Shown here: positions 26,670 through 35,702 of the stretch, piece after piece
Layout: every line of letters begins with the position of its first letter
Numbering within the stretch: the first letter of the stretch is position 1
Source: an uncultured Thermodesulfobacteriota bacterium
GTDB taxonomy: Bacteria; Desulfobacterota; B13-G15; RBG-16-54-18
Assembly (NCBI GenBank): GCA_964519535.1
Contig: CAZFIR010000086.1
Span: forward strand, 1-45,899
Length of the DNA stretch: 45,899 nt
Reading direction: 5' to 3'
The notes under the pieces: generated by a model
Seen by the model: only the letters and a program-made list of their open reading frames with translations
What the model was told of the DNA's origin: nothing
The model's database searches: none
Program-made: the position numbers and the translations under genes

Positions 26670-26849
26670 TTGAAACAGTTTTCTGACATCGTTGCTGCCC
26701 GGACCTCTATGGAGCAGATTATAGGCAATATCCCGGGTAATGCCGTCAAGTACCTCGTCGACCCTGAGCGTCCCTGCAAGATTGAGGTCACTGCGAGGAT
26801 TGATAATAGCAGTACGTTCTTCTTCATCCGCCTCGCAGCATATTGTTGA
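26670..26849 (+). pseudogene. Remnant of a histidine-kinase ATPase domain (N-box region only)
   Basis: Translation ..SDIVAARTSMEQIIGNIPGNAVKYLVDPERPCKIEVTARIDNSSTFFFIRLAAYC* resembles the N-box segment of phytochrome-type kinases (Q-[IV]-x2-NL-x2-NA-x-KY..ERP-x-I-x-I..F-x-V-x-DNGIGI). It ends before the G1/G2 boxes and has no HisKA or sensor region upstream. 59 codons from TTG 26670. Confidence 0.4.
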
Positions 26850-26860
26850 GGGAGGAGATA

Positions 26861-27304
26861 ATGTCTCAGATTGGGGAAGTGAGCATTTTATTGGTGGAGG
26901 ATGACCCGGGTCATGCTCGGTTGATCGAGAAAAACCTGCGTCGAGCGACTGTCACAAATAGCATTGATCTCGTTACCGATGGGCAGCAGGCTGTTGATTA
27001 CCTGTTTTGTGAGGGTGAGTATGCGGATAGGCGGCGTTCCCTGCCACTGTTGGTCTTGCTCGATTTGAACCTTCCGGTGCTCGATGGCTATCAGGTCTTG
27101 GAGCGTATGAAGGCCGATGAGCGCACCAAGTTTATTCCAGTGATTATCCTTACCACTACCGATGATTCCAGTGAAGTGGACCGGTGTTATGAGCTTGGTT
27201 GTAATGTCTACGTCACCAAACCGGTGGACTACGAGCAGTTCTCTGAGGCGATGCGTAAGCTTGGATTGTTGTTACTGGTTATCATGATACCGGGCGGAGG
27301 ATAG
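26861..27304 (+). CDS. Single-domain response regulator (CheY/Rcp1-like receiver)
   Basis: ILLVEDDPGHARLIEKNLRR, phospho-acceptor LVLLDLNLPVLDG, TTTDD, and YVTKP with the conserved Lys. GAGGGAGGAG precedes ATG 26861. Confidence 0.9.
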   Translation: MSQIGEVSILLVEDDPGHARLIEKNLRRATVTNSIDLVTDGQQAVDYLFCEGEYADRRRSLPLLVLLDLNLPVLDGYQVLERMKADERTKFIPVIILTTTDDSSEVDRCYELGCNVYVTKPVDYEQFSEAMRKLGLLLLVIMIPGGG

Positions 27305-27310
27305 GAGTTT

Positions 27311-28711
27311 ATGGCTCAGTCTGGATCCATGCGTATTCTGTATATCGAGGATGACCCTGGTTTGGCCCGACTTGTGCAGAAGAGGTTGAGGCGGGTGGGG
27401 TATGAAGTGGACATTGCCTCTGATGGTGAGGAGGGGATCGCTAAGTACGAGGCCGATTCCTACGACCTTATGTTTGTGGATCAGACCCTCCCCGTCTGCA
27501 ATGGGTTAGACGTGATTCGTGCCTTGGCCTCGCGGGGTGCGTTGCCGCCCACGATTATGATCACGGGCACCGGCGATGAGCGGGTAGCGGTTGAGGCCAT
27601 GAAGCTGGGTGCGGGCGACTATATCGTCAAGGATGTGGGGGGCGGGTATCTTGAATTGCTCCCTTCCGTTATTGAAAAGGTACTTCAAAAGCGGTGCGTC
27701 ATCAAGGAGAAACAGCGGGCGGAGAAGGCGCTGCGAGATTGCGGAAATAAACTGGAGAAGCTTCATGAAATAGCGCGCCGTCTGGCAGCCTGTATCAACG
27801 AAGAAGAGATATATCATTTGGCCATCGAAGCAGCAAAAAAGATCCTCACCTTTTCTTTCTGCAGCCTTGGGATTGTAGAAGGGGAACAGATCGTCACAAA
27901 GATGTCCTATCCCCCTCCTCTTCATGGTAAGAGCCAATCGACATCAGTGGATGAAGGGCTTACGGGGAAAACCTATAGAAATGGCAAGACATATGTCCTT
28001 GGGGAGATGAGAAAAGCTCAGAAGACACAGCCGTCACGGACAGAATATCTCTCCTTGATCAGTGCCCCTATCGGGGATCTTGGTGTCTTTCAGGTAGCTT
28101 CTATCGAACCCGATGCCTTTAGTGAGGACGACGCTCGGCTGCTTGAGTTGCTGCTCGGCCATACCGCCTCCGCCATCAAACGAATCCGCCTGCAAAATGA
28201 ACTTAAAGAGCAGGCCATCCATGATCCCCTGACTGGCCTCCATAACCGCTATTATCTTAACCAAGTCCTTGACCAAGAGGGCAAGCGCTCAAAGAGATAC
28301 AACCATTGTATGGCCTTCTTGATGATCGACGTCAATAGGTTTAAGGAGATCAACGATCGTTATGGGCACCACGTAGGGGATGAGGTCCTCCGAGAGATAG
28401 CATCTTTGCTGCGCAAGGCAGTGAGGGATATCGATATCGTTGTCCGCTATGGCGGGGACGAGTTTTTGGTCATCCTGCTTGAAACGAATGGTGAGGTAGA
28501 TACTGTCAAACGGCGCATCGCCAAAAAAATTACCCTCCAAAATAAGAAAAATGCGCGGTTTGATTTTCCCGTCACCCTTTCCATTGGCAGCGCCTACTGG
28601 GATCCTCACGATTCGCATTCCGTGGACGAAATCCTGAACGAAGCGGACAGGCTGATGTATGAGGACAAAAAAAGGCATAATGGCCATGCGGCAGGAGAGA
28701 GCCATGACTGA
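27311..28711 (+). CDS. Response regulator receiver-GAF-GGDEF diguanylate cyclase
   Basis: Receiver (ILYIEDDPGLARL..FVDQTLP..YIVKD), a central GAF-like region, and GGDEF with I-site RDID-x5-GGDEF (RYGGDEFLV). Confidence 0.9.
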   Translation: MAQSGSMRILYIEDDPGLARLVQKRLRRVGYEVDIASDGEEGIAKYEADSYDLMFVDQTLPVCNGLDVIRALASRGALPPTIMITGTGDERVAVEAMKLGAGDYIVKDVGGGYLELLPSVIEKVLQKRCVIKEKQRAEKALRDCGNKLEKLHEIARRLAACINEEEIYHLAIEAAKKILTFSFCSLGIVEGEQIVTKMSYPPPLHGKSQSTSVDEGLTGKTYRNGKTYVLGEMRKAQKTQPSRTEYLSLISAPIGDLGVFQVASIEPDAFSEDDARLLELLLGHTASAIKRIRLQNELKEQAIHDPLTGLHNRYYLNQVLDQEGKRSKRYNHCMAFLMIDVNRFKEINDRYGHHVGDEVLREIASLLRKAVRDIDIVVRYGGDEFLVILLETNGEVDTVKRRIAKKITLQNKKNARFDFPVTLSIGSAYWDPHDSHSVDEILNEADRLMYEDKKRHNGHAAGESHD

Positions 28712-29153
28712 TATCCAAGATGTCACTATCCTCTTAGTAGAAGACGACCCGGGGCACACCCGCCTGATCGAAAAGAACCTGCGCCGGGCGAACATCAAAA
28801 ACGAGATCCACCGTGCCGCTAATGGGCAGGAGGCCATCGACTACCTGTTGCGCGAGGGGGAATATGCCAACAACAAAGACTCATCACCTGTTTTGGTACT
28901 GCTCGACCTCAGCATGCCGGTGCTCGACGGCTACCAAGTGCTTGCACGCATGAAGAGTGATGAACGCACCAAACGCATCCCCGTTATTGTGCTTACTACC
29001 ACTGATGACCCCCGAGAAGTGAAAAGGTGCTATGAACTCGGTTGCAATGTTTACATCGCCAAACCAGTGGATTATGAACAATTCTCTACGGCAATCCGCA
29101 AGCTTGGGCTATTCTTGTTGGTGGCGATGATACCTAATGGGGGAGGGCAGTAG
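28704..29153 (+). CDS. Single-domain response regulator (paralog of 26861-27304)
   Basis: About 70 percent identical by eye to the 26861 protein. ATG 28704 overlaps the stop of the preceding gene (ATGACTGA). Confidence 0.9.
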   Translation: MTDIQDVTILLVEDDPGHTRLIEKNLRRANIKNEIHRAANGQEAIDYLLREGEYANNKDSSPVLVLLDLSMPVLDGYQVLARMKSDERTKRIPVIVLTTTDDPREVKRCYELGCNVYIAKPVDYEQFSTAIRKLGLFLLVAMIPNGGGQ

Positions 29154-29156
29154 GGC

Positions 29157-31775
29157 ATGGCTCGGGCCGAACCCATCCGCATCCTTTACATCGAGGACGA
29201 TCCCGGCCTGGCCCGACTGGTCCAGAAAAGGCTGGGCAGGGCTGGGTATACCGTTGATCTTGCCTCCGATGGTGAAGAGGGGATTGCTAAGTATAAGGCC
29301 AATTCCTATGATCTCCTCTTTGTGGATCAGAGCTTACCCATCCATGATGGGCTGGAAGTAATCCGTATCTTGGGCTCCAACGGTTCCTTGCCTCCCACGG
29401 TCATGATCACGGGCACCGGCGATGAGCGGGTGGCGGTTGAAGCGATGAAGCTGGGTGCGGGCGACTATATCGTCAAGGATGTTGAAGAAGGATATCTCAA
29501 ACTGCTCCCGTCCGTGATTGAGAAGGTACTGCAGCAGCGACGCGCCGTTGAAGAAAGGCAACACGCGGAAGAGGCATATAGCGCGGTGGTGGAACACTCC
29601 CTGCAGGGCCTGCACATTATCCAAGAAGGGCGCGAGGTCTTCGTCAACTCCGTGTACGCGGAGATGTTGGGCTATACCGAGGAAGAGTTGTTGGCCCTCA
29701 CCCCTGCGCAGGTACAGAACCTCGTACACCCCGAGGATCGGGAGCTCGTCAGTAAACACTACCGGGCCCGTATCGAGGGAAAGATCCCCTCCGAGCGCTA
29801 TGAGTTCCGCATCATCCGGAAAGACGGATCAGTGCGCTGGGTGGAGGCCTTTGCCAGCCGCAGCGAGTATCGCGGTAAGCCCGCCTCACAATTGGCCATG
29901 ATAGATATTACCGAGCGCAAGCAGATTGAGGAGGCGCTGCGGCAAACTGAAGAGCGGTACCGTACGTTGGTTGAGACGATGAAGGTTGGATTGGCTGCTA
30001 TAGACGAAAAGGGGGTGAACGTCTACGCTAACGAGCAGCTTTGTAATATATTGGGATACTCGATGGATGAGGTCATCGGCCGTTATTGCGTCGACTTTCT
30101 CGATGAGGAATATCGTCAGGCCCAAGAAGAAATATTTGCAAAACGAAGAGAAGGTATGCAAGACACTACCCCGTACGAGGTTACCTGGAGAAGGAAGGAC
30201 GGACGAAAGGTCCATACCATTATGACGCCGACGCCCAGTTTCGATGCAGATGGTCATTTTACAGGCAGCTTTGCAATACTCACCGACATCACCGAGCGCA
30301 AGCAGATGGAACTGGAGCTTCGGGAGAGTGAAGAGAAATATAGATTTCTTTTTGAAAACAGCCAAAACGTTAATATCTTGATCGGGTTAGATGGCAAGAT
30401 CATCGATGTAAACAAAAGTGTTGTAGAATCGCTGGGGTACGAGAAAGAGAGTGTCATCGGCAAAGACGTGCTCGCATTTGTCGTTCCCGAGCAAAGAGAA
30501 GGTGCAGCAAGACAATTAGCTCGGGAATTGAAGGGAGAATACACTCCGTCTTTTGCAGTAGATGTTATCAGCAAGAAGGGCATCCGGACCCTTCTCTTCC
30601 CAGAGGGAAATGCAACGGTGTTGGCAAAGGGCGAGTTGACTGGCATGTTGATCAGTGCACTAGACATCACTGACCGCAAGGAGGCGGATGATTCACTGCG
30701 GCTTAGTGAGGAGCGCTATCGAACGCTGGTGGAAAACATCGACTTCGGCATCAACCTCATCGATGCCGACCACACTATAGTGATGGTAAACACTGCGCTC
30801 AGTAGAAGGCTTAACAAGAAAGTCAGTGACTTTATCGGGGAAAAGTGTTATCGGGCATTTGAAAAGCGTGAGGCAGTGTGCCCGCATTGCCCCGGGGTTC
30901 GGGCAATGGCTACTGGTCAGCCGGCAGAGGTCGAGATTGAGGGTGTGGAAGATGACCAGGATTTTTTTCCTGCACGGCTTCAAGCCTTTCCCATCCTGCA
31001 GAAGGATGGAACAGCGTCCGGGTTCATAGAAGTGGTAGAGGATATTACCGAGCGCAAGCGGGTGGAGAAGGACTTAATGGAACATAAAGAGGCACTAAAA
31101 AATGGCTTTTTCGGGACCGCCGAGGCCCTTTCCAAGGTTATCGAGGATCGGGACCCCTATACCAGCGGTCATTCAATCGGTGTGGCCGGACTCGCCGAGG
31201 CCATAGCCCGCGTGATGGGGTTTCCTGAAGAGGAGCTCACCGGGATCTATATTGCCGGTGTCCTCCACGATATCGGCAAGATGGCCGTACCCGTGGAGAT
31301 ATTGGTCAAGCCGGGGAGGCTGACCGACATGGAGATGTCACTCATTAAGATGCATCCCCAGGCCGGATATGAAATATTGAAGGGGATTGATTTCCCCTGG
31401 CAGGTGGCGCCAGCTACCCTCCAACACCATGAGCGCATGGATGCTTCAGGTTATCCTCAGGGACTGAAGGGTAATAAGATAATCCCCGAGGCCCGAATTC
31501 TGGCGGTGGCCGATGTGGTGGACGCCATGACCCACCATCGTCCCTATCGCCCTGCCTTTAGCCTGCAGGACGCTATGGAGGAAATTAACAAGGGGCGGGG
31601 AAGACTCTATGACGCTCAGGTGGTGGATGCGTGTCTGGAGGTGTTTAAGGAGAAGGAACCCCTTGCAAGCTCGGCGTATTCGACGAGCTCCACCTCACCC
31701 CAGTTCTGCAGGGGCTCCGAGAAATCTTCGGCCCTGCCCACTGCCACGAGGATAAGGTCTTCCGGCAGGAGATAG
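29157..31775 (+). CDS. Response regulator receiver-multi-PAS-HD-GYP phosphodiesterase
   Basis: The receiver is about 75 percent identical to that of 27311. At least 4 PAS-type modules are separated by ITERK[QR] linkers. HD-GYP domain: VLHDIGKMAVP and HHERMDASGYPQGL. The last ~50 codons are low complexity and antisense to the M16 gene. Confidence 0.9.
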   Translation: MARAEPIRILYIEDDPGLARLVQKRLGRAGYTVDLASDGEEGIAKYKANSYDLLFVDQSLPIHDGLEVIRILGSNGSLPPTVMITGTGDERVAVEAMKLGAGDYIVKDVEEGYLKLLPSVIEKVLQQRRAVEERQHAEEAYSAVVEHSLQGLHIIQEGREVFVNSVYAEMLGYTEEELLALTPAQVQNLVHPEDRELVSKHYRARIEGKIPSERYEFRIIRKDGSVRWVEAFASRSEYRGKPASQLAMIDITERKQIEEALRQTEERYRTLVETMKVGLAAIDEKGVNVYANEQLCNILGYSMDEVIGRYCVDFLDEEYRQAQEEIFAKRREGMQDTTPYEVTWRRKDGRKVHTIMTPTPSFDADGHFTGSFAILTDITERKQMELELRESEEKYRFLFENSQNVNILIGLDGKIIDVNKSVVESLGYEKESVIGKDVLAFVVPEQREGAARQLARELKGEYTPSFAVDVISKKGIRTLLFPEGNATVLAKGELTGMLISALDITDRKEADDSLRLSEERYRTLVENIDFGINLIDADHTIVMVNTALSRRLNKKVSDFIGEKCYRAFEKREAVCPHCPGVRAMATGQPAEVEIEGVEDDQDFFPARLQAFPILQKDGTASGFIEVVEDITERKRVEKDLMEHKEALKNGFFGTAEALSKVIEDRDPYTSGHSIGVAGLAEAIARVMGFPEEELTGIYIAGVLHDIGKMAVPVEILVKPGRLTDMEMSLIKMHPQAGYEILKGIDFPWQVAPATLQHHERMDASGYPQGLKGNKIIPEARILAVADVVDAMTHHRPYRPAFSLQDAMEEINKGRGRLYDAQVVDACLEVFKEKEPLASSAYSTSSTSPQFCRGSEKSSALPTATRIRSSGRR

Positions 31776-32983
31776 GTGGAAGCCAAGCTATTGATCTCCT
31801 CCAGAGTGACATTTCCGATCGCCGCCGGATATAACGATAGATAATCGAAGGGGATGTCATAAAGCTCCAGCTTGAGGAGCTCCGCAGCTATCTGGCCCGG
31901 GGTTTCCAATTGCAGGGGGAAGCTCCCCCTGAAGAAATTCTTCGCCGCTTCAAGTTCCTGAGCCTGGGCCCCCTCCGCGACAAACTCCTCCATGACCGCC
32001 ACGATCTCCTCAATGACCGGGACGGTAGTGGACGTCGGCGTAAAGGTGGAGATGATAAAAGGTCCTTCGATGTGCCCTGCCTGAAAGGAGCTCCTAATAC
32101 CGTAGGTGTACCCCTTCTCGGCTCGTATGCGCTGCATGAGCCGGGAGGAAAATCCCCCGCCTCCGAAGATATAATTCATCACTTTGAAAGGTATATAACT
32201 TTTATCTTTTCTGTTGATCCCCAGCAGACCCACCCGTATCTGGCTCTGGCTGAGATCAGGTCGATCCACCACGATGATCTTTCTTCCCGTGGGTCTCACC
32301 GGTGCAGGAAGGGGATGGTCAACCTTCCTCTCGGCCTTCCAATCCCCAAGGTGCCTCTCAGCCCCCTGTCTGATCTCCTCGGGGCTGAGGTCGCCGATCA
32401 CCAGCAGTACGGTGTCCTCAGGAGAATAGTGGTGGTGGTAAAAGGAACGCGGATCCCCTGCCGCCAACCCCTGCAGGGAAGGAATGGTACCGTAGGGGGG
32501 ATGGGCGTAGGGTGTATTTTTTAGGAGGAGTTGAACGATGATCTCGTTCGCAATGACCTCGGTTTGATCCCGCTGCTGGATCAAACGGGAGATCCTCCGT
32601 TGCTGGGATTGTTGCGTCTCCTCCTGCGGAAAGGTGGGCTGCAGGAGCATGTCTCCCACCAAATCCATCAACGCAGTGAAGTCTTGAGACAGGCCGAAGA
32701 CCTCCACAAAAGAGGCGTCCCACCCGGAGCTGGCGGTGTACTGCGCACCCAATTGCTCCATTTCCAGGGCCAGCTGCTGACTATTCCTTCGCCCAGTGCC
32801 GAGCGTCAACATCTCAACGGTAAGGTCAGCCAACCCTTCCTTCCCCGCGGCGTCCAGTTCGCTCCCCCGCTTGACCATCACGGTGATGTGGACCAGCGGA
32901 AGCTTATGATACTCCAGGCCTATCACCGTGAGGCCATTGTCGAGGCGCACCTTTGTAATGTTCTCTGTCTTAACGGGAAACAT
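31616..32983 (-). CDS. M16-family peptidase-like protein lacking the HxxEH zinc motif (non-catalytic subunit type)
   Basis: Insulinase-like N-terminus (RLDNGLTVIGLEYHKLPLVHITVMVKRGS) without HxxEH. Adjacent to a catalytic M16 paralog. Confidence 0.8.
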   Translation of the reverse strand: MFPVKTENITKVRLDNGLTVIGLEYHKLPLVHITVMVKRGSELDAAGKEGLADLTVEMLTLGTGRRNSQQLALEMEQLGAQYTASSGWDASFVEVFGLSQDFTALMDLVGDMLLQPTFPQEETQQSQQRRISRLIQQRDQTEVIANEIIVQLLLKNTPYAHPPYGTIPSLQGLAAGDPRSFYHHHYSPEDTVLLVIGDLSPEEIRQGAERHLGDWKAERKVDHPLPAPVRPTGRKIIVVDRPDLSQSQIRVGLLGINRKDKSYIPFKVMNYIFGGGGFSSRLMQRIRAEKGYTYGIRSSFQAGHIEGPFIISTFTPTSTTVPVIEEIVAVMEEFVAEGAQAQELEAAKNFFRGSFPLQLETPGQIAAELLKLELYDIPFDYLSLYPAAIGNVTLEEINSLASTYLLPEDLILVAVGRAEDFSEPLQNWGEVELVEYAELARGSFSLNTSRHASTT

Positions 32984-32986
32984 CCT

Positions 32987-34309
32987 TTATTCCACGGGCT
33001 CGAGGCGTTCGTTTTCCTCTGGGGTGATCGGTTGTAGCGTTACTACGGTCCTGTTGTCCTCGCTTAGATATCGCTGCGCCACCCGCTGGATGTCCTGGGC
33101 GGTTATTCCCTCACATCGAGTCAAGACGGTGTTGACCATCCCGCAGTCCCCCGCCTTGATTTCATAAAGCCCCCCTGCCAACCCCTGAAAAAAGATGGAC
33201 TGCAATCCCATGATGCAGGAGGCTGTTAAGCCACGCTTCGTTTTGGCGAGCTCCGCGTCATCGAATTCACCATTCTTTATCTCCTCGATGGCCGCCCATA
33301 TATCGTGCTCCAAATCGCCGAGTTGCACCCCGGGCGCCGCAATGGCATATACCTGCAGCAGTCCCGGGTCCATGGACCAAAACGGTGGGGGGTCTACTTC
33401 CACCTGAGCATCAACGGCCTTTCCGGTTTTGACGAAGCGCCGGTAGAACCGAGATGACTTTCCGTGAGAGAGTATATGCCCGAGGACGAGCAGGGGGAAG
33501 ACGTCGGGGTCGGTGATCCCCGGGCAATGGAAACCGGCAAAAAAGGCCTCCAATTGTGATACCTTTTTGTAAATAGAGCGTTTTTCGCCCCGCTGGGGGC
33601 GCTCCGGCGCGGGTGGCGGGTCCCCAGGGGCTTCGGGTTTGAGGTGGCCGTAGTACTTGTCGACCAGGGCAAGGGCTTCCTCCCTCTTAAAGTCACCGAC
33701 GATGACCACCACGGCGTTATTGGGGGCGTATCCCCGTCGGTAATATTCGAGGCAGTCATTGAGGGTTAATCTTCTGAGGTCCGAATCCCAGCCGATCACG
33801 GGCCATTGATAGGGGTGCTGGTCAAAGGCGATGGCGAAGAGTTGTTCTATGAGGAGGCCGAAGGGTGAGTTGACGGTCCGCAGCTTTCGCTCACTCCTCA
33901 CGACCTCCCGCTCGGTATCTAAAATTTCCTGATTGAGGAGAAGGTTTGCGAATCGCTCGGCTTCCAATCTGATGGCTAACGCCAATTTATCGGCGGGGAG
34001 GTTTTCGAAGTAGCTCGTATTATCGATGGTGGTAAAGGCGTTGAGGGTTCCTCCATTAGCCTGGATGATGCGGGCAAACTCCTCCGGGCCCAGTTCCTTG
34101 GATCCCCTGAACATCATGTGCTCAAAGAGATGAGAGATGCCGGTGGTCCCGGGCCGCTCGTTCCTGGATCCTGTGGCGAAGTGGACCTGGTAGGTTACGA
34201 TGGGATGCGACGGGTCCTCCAGGGTCAAGACCTTGAGGCCGTTGGACAACTGGTCCCGCTGAAAGTCCAGGGTTATATTCTGCATAAGATTCCTTGGCGG
34301 TTTGGACAA
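32987..34309 (-). CDS. M16-family zinc peptidase (pitrilysin/insulinase type)
   Basis: GISHLFEHMMFRGS contains the inverted zinc motif HxxEH; LSNGLKVLTLED start. Confidence 0.88.
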   Translation of the reverse strand: MSKPPRNLMQNITLDFQRDQLSNGLKVLTLEDPSHPIVTYQVHFATGSRNERPGTTGISHLFEHMMFRGSKELGPEEFARIIQANGGTLNAFTTIDNTSYFENLPADKLALAIRLEAERFANLLLNQEILDTEREVVRSERKLRTVNSPFGLLIEQLFAIAFDQHPYQWPVIGWDSDLRRLTLNDCLEYYRRGYAPNNAVVVIVGDFKREEALALVDKYYGHLKPEAPGDPPPAPERPQRGEKRSIYKKVSQLEAFFAGFHCPGITDPDVFPLLVLGHILSHGKSSRFYRRFVKTGKAVDAQVEVDPPPFWSMDPGLLQVYAIAAPGVQLGDLEHDIWAAIEEIKNGEFDDAELAKTKRGLTASCIMGLQSIFFQGLAGGLYEIKAGDCGMVNTVLTRCEGITAQDIQRVAQRYLSEDNRTVVTLQPITPEENERLEPVE

Positions 34310-34659
34310 CCAAAGCGTGATGATGGTTGTCCTCCACCCTTCACTTCATGTAAGGTGAGGACAACAGCAATGCGCAGTAATGATAACACAACAGGTGCTA
34401 TTGTGCATCCTCTTTGTTGATGAAGTGATGTGGGTGTTTAGAGCGTGTGGAGATGGATTGGTTGCCTCAGACAATACCGAGCCTCGGTCCGACATCTGAG
34501 TGGAGATTGCCCCTGCCGTAAGAGATCTCCCTTACGTATATGTTTTGGCTTGGCTGGCTCTGTACGTAAATAAGGATCAAAGGGAACTTTCCCAGATATT
34601 ACGTGGGCAAACGGTACAGGCATTCATACTATTTGTCTTTTTCGTTAAATAGTGATATG

Positions 34660-35427
34660 TTAAGAGGCTCTGAGGATCGTGGTAATCTTTTCCCCGATCT
34701 CTTGCAGCCATTCTTCGGTATAAGGGGAGGTTTCCTTCAGCCGCGGATCAAGGGGGTCTTCGGGGTTAAAGTTTTGGAGGGTCAAGGAGGAGGACCCACT
34801 CAGGTGGTGGGCTAAGTGGAGCAGGTCCTCCTCCTTGTGGAGGGCTGGAACAACAGTGGTCCTGAACTGATACGTAACTTTCCCTTTTTTCAGAAAACAG
34901 ATACTCTCTTGTATCTTTTCCAGGTCGGCAGGCACGCCCGCTGCCCTGCTGTAACTCACCTCATTGAGGGGGGCCTTGACGTCCATCGCCACACAGTCCA
35001 CCAGGCCTCTCTCTACCAGCGATTCCAGCACATGAGGGTGGCTTCCATTGGTATCAAGCTTGACGAGAAATCCTGCCCCTTTGATCTCGGCTATGAGGGA
35101 GGGAAGGTGGGGGTGGATGGTAGGCTCCCCCCCGGTGATGCACACACCATCCACCCACCCCTTCAGCTCGGCCAGACGGGCCATGATATATGTTCGGGGG
35201 ATGTCCTCATGGCCTGCTGGATTAAGGACGAGCTGGTGGTTGTGACAGAAGGGACACCGGAAGTTGCACCCCGGCAGAAAGAGCACGGAGGCCACCTTAC
35301 CGGGCCAGTCCACAAAGGAAGTCTCCAGGAAGCCCTTGACGCTGATCTCTTCCCGGCTGATCGCCTCCCGGGGGTATTCTTCCGGTACGCAAGGTAACGA
35401 TACTTCTCTTTGTACTATCGTATCCAT
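34660..35427 (-). CDS. nrdG: Anaerobic ribonucleoside-triphosphate reductase activating protein (radical SAM)
   Basis: GCNFRCPFCHN cluster motif and ITGGEPT. ATG 35427 overlaps the stop of the glutaredoxin-like gene (TAATG); the longest ORF reaches 35481. Confidence 0.88.
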   Translation of the reverse strand: MDTIVQREVSLPCVPEEYPREAISREEISVKGFLETSFVDWPGKVASVLFLPGCNFRCPFCHNHQLVLNPAGHEDIPRTYIMARLAELKGWVDGVCITGGEPTIHPHLPSLIAEIKGAGFLVKLDTNGSHPHVLESLVERGLVDCVAMDVKAPLNEVSYSRAAGVPADLEKIQESICFLKKGKVTYQFRTTVVPALHKEEDLLHLAHHLSGSSSLTLQNFNPEDPLDPRLKETSPYTEEWLQEIGEKITTILRAS

Positions 35428-35687
35428 TAAGCCCTGATTACTCCCTGGATCTCTTGCAGGGTCGGGATCGATCCCCGCCACCCCGCCAAAATCCGTTCAT
35501 CTTCATCTTCGATGATGATCGTAGGGGTGGACAACACACTGTAGAAGGCGGCCTCAGCGAGGCCATCGGGGGTCTCAAGGTCATAGTAGTTGACCCGGAG
35601 GCCCTCCTGTTTAAGGATACCCCCTATCTCTTTGGCAGCAGGGCACTTGGGGCATTCAGCTTTGGTGAAGATCTTGATCGATCCCAT
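35427..35687 (-). CDS. Glutaredoxin/NrdH-like thioredoxin-fold protein
   Basis: 86 aa. IKIFTKAECPKCPAAK (CxxC) and the later TPTIII. Located between nrdD and nrdG. Confidence 0.8.
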   Translation of the reverse strand: MGSIKIFTKAECPKCPAAKEIGGILKQEGLRVNYYDLETPDGLAEAAFYSVLSTPTIIIEDEDERILAGWRGSIPTLQEIQGVIRA

Positions 35688-35702
35688 CCTTTTACCTCCT
35701 GA

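Noticed and set aside
26606-26827. 73-aa ORF on the - strand
   Set aside because: No SD or family. It overlaps the + strand histidine-kinase remnant and the sigma54 promoter region, so it is probably spurious.
34310-34659. 350-bp gene-free gap between the M16 peptidase gene and nrdG, considered for an ncRNA
   Set aside because: Only short hairpins are present (for example TTGTCCTC..GAGGACAA at about 34328-34365). There is no match to motifs I know for SRP RNA, RNase P, 6S RNA or riboswitches. It is probably promoter/5'-UTR of the peptidase operon plus the 3'-UTR of nrdG. An Infernal/Rfam scan would settle it.
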